Below are positions 18,103 to 26,056 of a stretch of DNA of 64,000 nt, one piece after another. The DNA is from an uncultured Collinsella sp. (GTDB taxonomy: Bacteria > Actinomycetota > Coriobacteriia > Coriobacteriales > Coriobacteriaceae). Location of the stretch: positions 4,000 through 67,999 of the forward strand of contig CABSDO010000001.1 of the NCBI GenBank assembly GCA_902476475.1, in the 5' to 3' direction. Within the stretch, counting starts at the first letter, position 1, and each line of letters starts with the position of its first letter. Under the pieces are notes generated by a model. It saw only the letters and a program-made list of their open reading frames with translations. It was not told the DNA's origin and did not search any database. The position numbers and the translations under genes are program-made.

Positions 18103-18332
18103 GTGGGCAAAAAATGCCAAATATGAGTACTGTCACAAATTTAGTAGCAGCAAAATTTGGCTCTTGAGGCCCCAGTTGAGTGTCTGCGGACAACTTAAAG
18201 CCGTCTAATATGTCCCTGGGTATGCTAAAACGACCTGATAATGAACAGTTGTACATTATCAGGTCGTTGTTTTGGTGCAAAATAATGTGACCAGTTTTAC
18301 AACAGTACTCATATTTGGCATTTTTTGCCCAC
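18103..18332. repeat. 230-bp MITE-like element with 31-bp perfect terminal inverted repeats
   Basis: GTGGGCAAAAAATGCCAAATATGAGTACTGT (18103-18133) and its exact reverse complement (18302-18332); internal 15-bp inverted repeat at 18229-18268. Confidence 0.75.
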
Positions 18333-18337
18333 CGAGG

Positions 18338-19120
18338 TCAGCGGAAGTCGAAAAGGGAGCGGGAATTTCTCAGAACGACCGACTTGACGCTCTCCTCGGG
18401 GCAGTTTTTAAGCGCAGCAATGACCTCGGATACTCTTATGAGTGAATCGACGAGCTGTCGCGCGGATGTTTCCGCGTCTGGTTCGGCCGGCGCGTCGGTT
18501 TCGAGTAGCAAGCGATCAAGTGGAATCTGTCGCGCGTATTCGCGCCCACGTTTGGTCGCAAGCATGCGTTCATTCACGGAAAAGTAGCAGCCCGCAATAC
18601 GTGCGCGGACAAACTCATCTGAGGTGCCGCTAAACCAGTGGAAGATAATGGTGGGGGAGTTGGGGACGTCCTTTAGAAGGTCGTTCGACTCCAAAGTGTC
18701 CAAAGTTGCTCCCGCCGCGCGAACGGCGTGAATGGATAGAACGCGTCCAGGTAGCGGGGACTGCGATAACGTTCGGCATAGCCGTTCAAATGCCTGCGTC
18801 TGGTTTCCCTCGGTACCTGCAAAGCGTGGCGAGAAATCGAGCCCGACCTCGCCGATAAAGCGCTCTCGGCTAGCGAACTCGCAAAGCAAGTCGACCTCGG
18901 CGGTTCCGCATCGGCCGTCGGCAATCCACCAGGGATGGAGGCCCACCCCTGCAATAACGTTGGGGTCACTGCCAGCGCGCTTCTTTGCCGTTTCGAAATC
19001 GCGCGGATCGACGCCGCAATCAAAGAGCTCCAGTCCCATCGCTGCGGCTTCGTGGGCAACGGTGTTCGGGCTGGCCATCAGGTCGAGGTGACAGTGAGCA
19101 TCAAAGGACTGCAGCTCCAT
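18338..19120 (-). CDS. TatD family nuclease
   Basis: DAHCH, GLHPW, GEVGLD, SIH, FHWFSG, LETDAP. Confidence 0.9.
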   Translation of the reverse strand: MELQSFDAHCHLDLMASPNTVAHEAAAMGLELFDCGVDPRDFETAKKRAGSDPNVIAGVGLHPWWIADGRCGTAEVDLLCEFASRERFIGEVGLDFSPRFAGTEGNQTQAFERLCRTLSQSPLPGRVLSIHAVRAAGATLDTLESNDLLKDVPNSPTIIFHWFSGTSDEFVRARIAGCYFSVNERMLATKRGREYARQIPLDRLLLETDAPAEPDAETSARQLVDSLIRVSEVIAALKNCPEESVKSVVLRNSRSLFDFR

Positions 19121-19134
19121 CGCGGTGTGCCTTG

Positions 19135-19932
19135 CTAGTCCAGGCGCTGGCCGTCGGCGCGCACGCGCTCGGTACCGCGTCCACTGATCTGGCGAATGAC
19201 CTCGCCGGCAATCATCTGGCCCATGATGGGCGGCATAAAGCTGGCGGTTCCGAGCTCGGTACGCTCGTGGATGTTGGAGGGGTCACGGCGCTGGGTCTTG
19301 ACCGACTCCTCGCAGCTAAATAGAACGTGCAGGCTCTTGATGCCACGTTTTTTGCACTCTTTGCGCATGATACGGCTCATGGGGTCGCGCACCGTGTCAA
19401 AGATATCGGCGAAGCGCAGGCATTCGGGATGCAGCTTGTTGCCGCCGCCCATGGAGCTCACCAGGCGAATGTCGTGGTCCTGAGCATACTTGGCGACGGT
19501 GAGCTTGGCCGAGATGGTATCGATGGCGTCGATAACGTAGTCGAGCGTGCCACCTGTCTGCTCCAGAACGCTCGCGAAGAATTCGTCGATGTTGTCGCTC
19601 AGCAGGTATTCGGTGCGCTTGATGACGGTGGCGGCAGGGTTGATGTCATGGATCATGGCCTCCATGACGTCGACTTTACGCTTGCCGATGGTGCTGTGAA
19701 ACGCGATGGCCTGACGGTTGATATTGCTGGGCGCAATGATGTCTTTATCCAGAATTACGAAATGGCCGATGCCGCCGCGGGCGAGCGCTTCGCAGCAGTT
19801 AGAGCCCACGCCGCCGCAGCCGAGCACCAACACCGTGGCGTCGGCGAGCTTGTCGAGCGCCTCGCGCCCCATGATGATCTCGAGCTTGGTGTCGCGCGTC
19901 TCGACGGGAGCGGCGGCTGCGGTTTCGGTCAT
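19135..19932 (-). CDS. tcdA: ThiF family tRNA threonylcarbamoyladenosine dehydratase
   Basis: GCGGVGS, EALARGGIG, SNINRQ, DAIDT, SSMGGGNK. Confidence 0.85.
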   Translation of the reverse strand: MTETAAAAPVETRDTKLEIIMGREALDKLADATVLVLGCGGVGSNCCEALARGGIGHFVILDKDIIAPSNINRQAIAFHSTIGKRKVDVMEAMIHDINPAATVIKRTEYLLSDNIDEFFASVLEQTGGTLDYVIDAIDTISAKLTVAKYAQDHDIRLVSSMGGGNKLHPECLRFADIFDTVRDPMSRIMRKECKKRGIKSLHVLFSCEESVKTQRRDPSNIHERTELGTASFMPPIMGQMIAGEVIRQISGRGTERVRADGQRLD

Positions 19933-20055
19933 AGATATCCTCCGATGGGGAAGTAATTAACGTAATTGGCTATCGCCATTATAGGTATTATTCTGCCTCC
20001 ATTTGAGGCCTTGGGGCATGTTGAAATGAAGCGGGGATTCGCATAAGATTGAAGC

Positions 20056-20150
20056 AGATGGCACCCGTGGCCGCGGGTTGGCCAACTCCGAAACACGTTT
20101 ATGGCGTGAGAAGTGGCCGTCTTCGCATTACGCGGGGGCGGCTATTTCAT
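20056..20150 (+). ncRNA. Putative antisense antitoxin RNA of a type I toxin-antitoxin locus
   Basis: Promoter TTGAAA-N17-TAAGAT (20021-20049) and terminator-like hairpin at ~20113-20147; convergent with the small ORF at 20142-20228. Confidence 0.55.
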
Positions 20151-20228
20151 TCGACCTCCAATGTGGATGCCGAGCTCCACAGCCGCGATTACAAGCAATA
20201 ACAATGTCAGGACATCGTCAATACTCAT
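20142..20228 (-). CDS. 28-aa hydrophobic peptide, putative type I toxin (MSIDDVLTLLLLVIAAVELGIHIGGRMK)
   Basis: Manual translation; AAGGAG RBS; one TM-length hydrophobic stretch and a basic C-terminus. Not in the ORF track. Confidence 0.7.
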   Translation of the reverse strand: MSIDDVLTLLLLVIAAVELGIHIGGRMK

Positions 20229-20280
20229 AGTCCATCTCCTTCTCTGGTAGAGGGGAGCTGGCCCATCTGCTTCTAACGGT

Positions 20281-20308
20281 ATTGTAACTAAAAGCGAACG
20301 AGTGTTCT
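20281..20308 (-). promoter_or_regulatory. Toxin promoter (-10 TACAAT) overlapped by a LexA/SOS box
   Basis: CGAAC-GAGT-GTTCT at 20295-20308 fits the Gram-positive GAAC-N4-GTTC box. Confidence 0.6.
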
Positions 20309-20395
20309 ATGGCTATTGCTGAATTAGATAATTAGACAAACATCTAAATATCGAGTATAGTGTGCGCGTCGAACGAACTGGTGAGAGGAGGTTCT

Positions 20396-20674
20396 ATGCC
20401 GGGAGAGGGTTTTAAGGCACTGGCCGATCCGACGCGGCGGCGTATTTTGGAGCTGCTGCGCGAGGGCAATTGCACGGCGGGGGAGCTTGCCGAGCATTTT
20501 GACATCAGCAAGCCTTCGCTGAGCCACCATTTGGCGACGCTTAAAAATGCCGGGCTGGTGACCGACGAACGTCATGGCCAAAACATCGTTTACAGCTTAA
20601 ACACCACCGTCATGCAGGACTTGATCGGTTGGTTTATGGGCTTTACAAACACGGAAGGTGATAAGGATGAATAA
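20396..20674 (+). CDS. ArsR/SmtB family repressor, SdpR-like
   Basis: FKALADPTRRRILELL..SKPSLSHHL..YSLNTTV; upstream TTAGA..TCTAA palindrome. Confidence 0.88.
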   Translation: MPGEGFKALADPTRRRILELLREGNCTAGELAEHFDISKPSLSHHLATLKNAGLVTDERHGQNIVYSLNTTVMQDLIGWFMGFTNTEGDKDE

Positions 20675-21371
20675 CGAGAAAAATGGCATTCACGCCACGG
20701 GGGTATCGCCGCGCGTGTGGATTGCGCTTGTCGTGGTTTGTGTCGCCAATGTCGTAGCGCACCTCATGGTGATGCCGAGCTTGCCTGCACAGATTCCCAC
20801 GCACTGGGGCGCGAACGGTGCCGTCGATGGTTGGGGTCCTAGCTGGATGGCCTCCGCGCTCGGCGTGCTGCCTCTGGCGCTTCTCGCAATGTTCTGCGTG
20901 GTGCCGCGCATCGATCCCAAAGGTGAGGCATATCGAACCTCGGGCAAGTTCTATCAGGGCTTCGTAGTCGCCTTCACCTTGTTCATGTGCGCCATAAGCT
21001 GGCTGGGAGAGCTTACGGTCTGGGGCGTGGTGCCGGCGGTCGGTTCGGTTAACGTGCTGATTTCCGGTGCTATCGGTTTGCTGTTCATCGGCGTAGGCAA
21101 CTACTTGCCGCGTGTGAAGCAGAACTATACGCTTGGTATCAAGACGCCTTGGGCGCTTGCCGATCCCGAGAACTGGCGCCGTACGCAGCGCTTTGGCGGT
21201 GCCTGCTTTATGGTGCTGGGTATTGGCCTGATTGTGATGGGCGTGGCAGGCAGCGTGCTTTCGAGTGAAGTCGTCGCCGCGGTGATTGCGGTTCTGGCGT
21301 TTGGTTCGGTTGGAGCCGTCTACGTCTACTCGTATCTGTTGTGGCTCAAATCGCAGCGAGCCGCTCGTTAA
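20667..21371 (+). CDS. SdpI family membrane protein (DUF1648 + SdpI)
   Basis: LPAQIPTHW..G.VDGW, IDPK, GNYLPRVKQNYTLGIKTPWAL..NWRRT. Confidence 0.88.
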   Translation: MNNEKNGIHATGVSPRVWIALVVVCVANVVAHLMVMPSLPAQIPTHWGANGAVDGWGPSWMASALGVLPLALLAMFCVVPRIDPKGEAYRTSGKFYQGFVVAFTLFMCAISWLGELTVWGVVPAVGSVNVLISGAIGLLFIGVGNYLPRVKQNYTLGIKTPWALADPENWRRTQRFGGACFMVLGIGLIVMGVAGSVLSSEVVAAVIAVLAFGSVGAVYVYSYLLWLKSQRAAR

Positions 21372-21542
21372 GGTTGCGGAAAACTAGCGTACGCAGTTCA
21401 TAGTATGTTCCGGGGGACTTTTCCCAGGTAGTATTAGGGGGTGTGGGCAACCATGCCCCTTTTTATTAGAACGCGCGAACTGCCTCTCCGCTTTTTCCAA
21501 AACGGAGAGGGGGAGAAGATTTCCGCAGCTAGATAAGGAGAA

Positions 21543-23228
21543 ATGACTGTGGCGGAGTTCATCTACCAGATGTATCAGGCTCGCAAGGCCCATGGCGACA
21601 AGGTAATCCTTGACGACGTGACCCTGAGCTTCTACCCCGGTGCCAAGATCGGCGTCGTGGGCCCCAACGGTATGGGCAAGTCGACCCTGCTCAAGATCAT
21701 GGCCGGCATCGAGGAGGTCTCCAACGGCGATGCCAGGCTCACCCCCGGCTACACCGTGGGCATCCTGCAGCAGGAGCCGCCGCTCGACGACGACAAGACC
21801 GTTATCGAGAACGTGCGCATGGCGTTTGGCGATATGATCGCCAAGGTCGATCGCTTCAATAAGATCGGCGAGGAGATGTGCGACCCGGATTGCGACATGG
21901 ACGCCCTCATGGCCGAGATGGGCAAGCTCCAGGACGAGATTGATGCCGCCGACGGCTGGGATATCGATTCCAAGCTCGGCCAGGCCATGGACGCCCTGCA
22001 GCTGCCCGATTCCGATATGCCGGTCAACGTGCTTTCCGGCGGCGAGCGCCGCCGCGTGGCTCTGTGCAAGCTGCTGCTCGAGGCTCCCGACCTGCTGCTG
22101 CTCGACGAGCCCACGAACCACCTGGACGCTGAGTCGATCCTGTGGCTCGAGCACTTCCTGCACAACTACCAGGGCGCGGTGCTTGCCGTCACGCACGATC
22201 GCTACTTCCTGGATAACGTTGCCGAGTGGATCTGCGAGGTCGACCGCGGTCACCTTTATCCCTACAAGGGCAACTACTCCACGTATCTGGAGACCAAGGC
22301 CGCCCGTATCGAGGCGCAGGGCAACCGCGACGCCAAGCTCGCCAAGCGCATGGAGGCCGAGCTCGAGTGGGTACGCAGCTCGCCCAAGGCTCGCCAGGCA
22401 AAGAACAAGGCCCGTCTGGCTCGCTACGAGGAGATGGAGGCCGAGGCCCGCGCAAGCCAGAAGCTCGACTGGACCGATATCCGCATTCCCGTTGGACCGC
22501 GTTTGGGTAACAAGGTGCTCGAGGCCCATCACCTGCACAAGGAATTCGACGGTCGCGTGCTCATCGACGACCTTTCTTTCACCCTGCCGCGTAACGGCAT
22601 CGTGGGCGTCATCGGCCCCAACGGTGTGGGCAAGACTACGCTCTTCAAGACCATCGTGGGCCTGGAGCCGCTGACTTCGGGCGAGCTCGAGGTGGGCGAG
22701 ACCGTCAAGATCTCCTATGTCGATCAGAACCGTTCTGGCATCGATCCCGATAAGAACCTGTGGGAGGTCGTCTCGGATGGCCTGGACCACATGATGGTCG
22801 GCGAGACCGAGGTCCCCAGCCGCGCGTACGTGGCGAGCTTTGGCTTTAAGGGCCAGGACCAGCAGAAGCGCGCTGGCGTACTCTCCGGTGGTGAGCGCAA
22901 TCGTCTGAACCTGGCGCTCACGCTCAAGCAGGGCGGCAACCTGCTGCTCCTCGACGAGCCCACGAACGATCTCGACGTCGAGACGCTGTCCTCACTCGAA
23001 GCGGCGCTGCTCGAGTTCCCGGGCTGCTCGGTGGTCATTAGCCACGACCGTATGTTCCTGGACCGCGTCGCCACACACATTCTGGCGTGGGAGGGCACCG
23101 ACGAGAATCCGGGCAACTGGTATTGGTTCGAGGGCAACTTCGAAGCCTATCAGGCCAATCGCATCGAGCGCCTGGGCGAGGACGCGGCCCAGCCGCATCG
23201 TATTCACCGCAAGCTGACGCGCGACTAG
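21543..23228 (+). CDS. ettA: ABC-F translational throttle EttA
   Basis: Two ABC domains; SFYPGAKIGVVGPNGMGKS, LEWVRSSPKARQAKNKAR, FEGNF. Confidence 0.95.
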   Translation: MTVAEFIYQMYQARKAHGDKVILDDVTLSFYPGAKIGVVGPNGMGKSTLLKIMAGIEEVSNGDARLTPGYTVGILQQEPPLDDDKTVIENVRMAFGDMIAKVDRFNKIGEEMCDPDCDMDALMAEMGKLQDEIDAADGWDIDSKLGQAMDALQLPDSDMPVNVLSGGERRRVALCKLLLEAPDLLLLDEPTNHLDAESILWLEHFLHNYQGAVLAVTHDRYFLDNVAEWICEVDRGHLYPYKGNYSTYLETKAARIEAQGNRDAKLAKRMEAELEWVRSSPKARQAKNKARLARYEEMEAEARASQKLDWTDIRIPVGPRLGNKVLEAHHLHKEFDGRVLIDDLSFTLPRNGIVGVIGPNGVGKTTLFKTIVGLEPLTSGELEVGETVKISYVDQNRSGIDPDKNLWEVVSDGLDHMMVGETEVPSRAYVASFGFKGQDQQKRAGVLSGGERNRLNLALTLKQGGNLLLLDEPTNDLDVETLSSLEAALLEFPGCSVVISHDRMFLDRVATHILAWEGTDENPGNWYWFEGNFEAYQANRIERLGEDAAQPHRIHRKLTRD

Positions 23229-23231
23229 ATT

Positions 23232-23258
23232 GTTACGCGGTTTTCCAAACCGCGTAAC
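23232..23258. repeat. REP-like palindrome GTTACGCGGTTT-N3-AAACCGCGTAAC
   Basis: Related copies at 32981-33006 and 55477-55504, each directly after a stop codon. Confidence 0.65.
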
Positions 23259-23403
23259 TGCTCGACGCTGCGCGGGCCGCAAACACCCCATCTTGCCGTT
23301 CAAGCCGTCGCTCGCGTACCGAAGTACGCGTCGCTCCTCTTTCACGGCAACCTGGGGCACTTGCGGCCCGCTCGCTGTTGGTTACGCAACATCAACAAAT
23401 ATA

Positions 23404-23438
23404 AACGGCTCAAATCCTGATTTGGATTTGAGCCGTTT
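23404..23438. terminator. Bidirectional terminator-like hairpin
   Basis: AACGGCTCAAATCC / GGATTTGAGCCGTT inverted repeat between convergent genes. Confidence 0.65.
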
Positions 23439-23442
23439 GTCG

Positions 23443-24750
23443 TTACTGATCGGGTTCTTCGACCTTGTCGATGGCCCAGGCGGCTCCGAGACCGCCGGCG
23501 GTGTTGCGGCGGATGCGCACGGCATCCTCGCGGCGCTCGCCGGCCTGCGTGTAGCGCAGGGGGAAGCTTGCGCGGTTTCGCGCGGCCTCGATGGTACCGC
23601 GCTCGCGGGCGATCCAGTAGTACTCGCCGACAATGCCGAGCGTGTCGGCGCCGTAGGGGAGATAGGTCGACAGCTGGTGCAGAAGCGGGCCGGGGCAGAA
23701 GACCTCGGTTGCGAAATCGACGGGGAAGTCCTCGGGGATGGCGGGCGCTGCAGGTGCGGGGGTTGGGGGCGCTGCGGGTGCCGGAGCCGGTGCCGGTGCG
23801 GGAATTTGGTCGCAAGCAGAGGTGGGCACGGATTCGATGACGGGTGCGAACTCCAGCGTCGTCTTCGGCTTGATTGTGGAATCTGCGGGCTTCACGGTGA
23901 CGGGCGCGTCTGCAGCTTCAGTTTCAACCTCAACCTGCGTCGCGCTCTCATTCTCGACGCTCGACTTTGCCTCGATGGGCGTGGATGCCATGGTGGTGAT
24001 GCCGGCATTGGCATTCTCGGGGTCATAGACGACCGTGAGCGAGATGGCGGGCTGCGGCGTCTCGGGTTCCGGCGCCGACTCGGTAGCGTCTTGATCTGTG
24101 GGCTCGTCGGACTGATCGTCCTCGGCCTCGTCGCCAAAGACATCGCTGTTTTGGAACGCAGGCGGCTCGGGTTGGTCAGCGGCTTCTTCGGTTGTCGACT
24201 TGGGCGCTTCGTTGAGCTCCACAGTGGCTTCCTGCTCGGATATGACTTTGGGATCGGTCGTGGCGGCGATTTCGGTTTCGGCTTCTGCCGTTACCTCAAT
24301 AGCGACTTCGATCTCTGTCTCGGGCTCGGGTTCCGGCGCGGCTTCAACCATGGCTTCGGGCTCGGGACGCTTAACGTGCTTGGGGCGCACGGCCTTGAGG
24401 TCCTTCTCACCGCGCTTTTTCTTTTTGTAGGACTGCTTGGCGCCCTTGGCGGTCTTGGGCTTGTCCTCGCCCTTGGCAAGCGCAGCATCCCAGGCCTCGT
24501 TGGCGATGACCGTGGCATACAGGCGGCCGCCTTTAAAGACGGTCAGCTTAATGCAGTCGTCGAGTTCCTCGAGCAACTCGCGCGTGGACTCGAAGCCCAG
24601 GTCATAAGCGGTCATGTCGCCAGCGGCGAGCGCCTCCTCGACCTGCGTCATAAACGTTTGCTTGCCACATCCAATCGCATCGCGCAGCAGGCGATACAGA
24701 TAGATGTGGTTGCCCAGCGAAAGCGTGGGCCTAATTATTGTCTTGCTCAT
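23443..24750 (-). CDS. Hypothetical protein with a possible N-terminal OST-HTH/LOTUS-like domain and long acidic Pro-rich linker
   Basis: YDLGFESTRELLEEL resembles the LOTUS motif; GGAG RBS; E/P/A-rich middle region. Confidence 0.65.
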   Translation of the reverse strand: MSKTIIRPTLSLGNHIYLYRLLRDAIGCGKQTFMTQVEEALAAGDMTAYDLGFESTRELLEELDDCIKLTVFKGGRLYATVIANEAWDAALAKGEDKPKTAKGAKQSYKKKKRGEKDLKAVRPKHVKRPEPEAMVEAAPEPEPETEIEVAIEVTAEAETEIAATTDPKVISEQEATVELNEAPKSTTEEAADQPEPPAFQNSDVFGDEAEDDQSDEPTDQDATESAPEPETPQPAISLTVVYDPENANAGITTMASTPIEAKSSVENESATQVEVETEAADAPVTVKPADSTIKPKTTLEFAPVIESVPTSACDQIPAPAPAPAPAAPPTPAPAAPAIPEDFPVDFATEVFCPGPLLHQLSTYLPYGADTLGIVGEYYWIARERGTIEAARNRASFPLRYTQAGERREDAVRIRRNTAGGLGAAWAIDKVEEPDQ

Positions 24751-24890
24751 GGCAAATCTCCTCTTTACACATGTAAAGCATCTTACCATCGCATGGCGTT
24801 CGCCATGGCGGCGCCCAAGGCAAACGGGCGCGAACCGCTTTCGATTCGCGCCCGTTGTACAGGTCGGTTATCTATGAGAGGCAAACGTGC

Positions 24891-25853
24891 TTAGTTGCCC
24901 GATGCCGTGCCTTGGCTCGAGTTGTCAGATGCCGTGCCGGACGCGGTTCCACTCGAGCTGTTCGAGCTGTTGGTGTTGCTACTGTCTGCTGCGCCCGTTC
25001 CCGACGTGGTGTCGCTCGTCTGGCCTCCCGTGTTCGGCTGTGAACCGTCAGTCGTTTGGCTTGAGTCGGTCGTGCCGGACGGCGTGCCACTGTTGGCCGT
25101 AGAGGAATCGGTGCCCTGCGATTGGTTTTGGGTGTTCGAGGACGAATCGGTAGAGGTAGAACTGTCTTGCGTGCCGTCCGCCTGTGCCTGCTGATCTTGC
25201 GACTGGGTGTCGCCATTTACATCGCTCTCGGTCGTGCGCGACGAAAGGATTGGCTCGGGGCGCTCGCCCAGACCCTCACCGGCGGTGGTTATAAGGATGG
25301 CGCCGGTACAGGCGATGACCGCGACGATGGCGATGGCGATCGAGAAGATGATGACCTTCTTTTGCGTCTGGCTGCGCTCTGCCGCCGCCTTGGCACGCAA
25401 GCTGTTGGGGGCAACGCGCGCCGTGGTCGCGCGCCCAGCAACCTGGCGCATCTCCTGCGTAGTCGCGGCGCCGCCCAGGTGCTCCTCGGCATTAAGCTCA
25501 ACGGGCTCATAGGCGCCGGCGGGGTAGTCGACGTCGGCGTGCGTACCTTTGAGGGCTTTGGCGCTGGCAGAGATAAAGTGGCGGTAGACCTGCGAGGACA
25601 CAACGGTGATGACCGAGCTCACGGCGGCGCCGATCACCGATCCGGCGATACCGATCTTGGAGGCAAGCGCGACGCTCGTGGCGGCGGCTGCGGCGCCGGC
25701 AATGATCTGAGGAATGGAAATGTCATCGAACAGGCCCTTTTTGGGCGCGATGGCCATGGTCTGTCCGATGGAATGGTTTTCGTGAACGCCGTTGTTGAGC
25801 GATGCCGGTGTCATGACGCGCGTGCGCGGCGCGTCGGTGTACTTGGTTGTCAT
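24891..25853 (-). CDS. Hypothetical membrane protein with Ser/Thr-rich tail
   Basis: Hydrophobic GAAAAATS..GIAGSVIGAAV segment, second TM segment, low-complexity C-terminus; GGAGG RBS. Confidence 0.75.
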   Translation of the reverse strand: MTTKYTDAPRTRVMTPASLNNGVHENHSIGQTMAIAPKKGLFDDISIPQIIAGAAAAATSVALASKIGIAGSVIGAAVSSVITVVSSQVYRHFISASAKALKGTHADVDYPAGAYEPVELNAEEHLGGAATTQEMRQVAGRATTARVAPNSLRAKAAAERSQTQKKVIIFSIAIAIVAVIACTGAILITTAGEGLGERPEPILSSRTTESDVNGDTQSQDQQAQADGTQDSSTSTDSSSNTQNQSQGTDSSTANSGTPSGTTDSSQTTDGSQPNTGGQTSDTTSGTGAADSSNTNSSNSSSGTASGTASDNSSQGTASGN

Positions 25854-26056
25854 ACGGGGTCCTCCCGGTGTAAATCTGCTTCGTTTCATGCAGCCATCAG
25901 GGTACCCACCAGATGTGAATCGTACGTGACATTTAACAGATATCATCAACTCATCAATAGCTCACCAAGTTGGTGGGATGCGGTTACACCCGGCGGTTGA
26001 ACTACAATAGGGCTTGCTAATTGTTGTGAATGGCGTCTACGCACGGGAGCATTCTT

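Noticed and set aside
21384..22790. 468-aa minus-strand ORF
   Set aside because: Antisense shadow of ettA.
23230..24894. 554-aa plus-strand Gly/Leu-rich ORF
   Set aside because: Antisense to the acidic protein at 23443..24750; no RBS or motifs.
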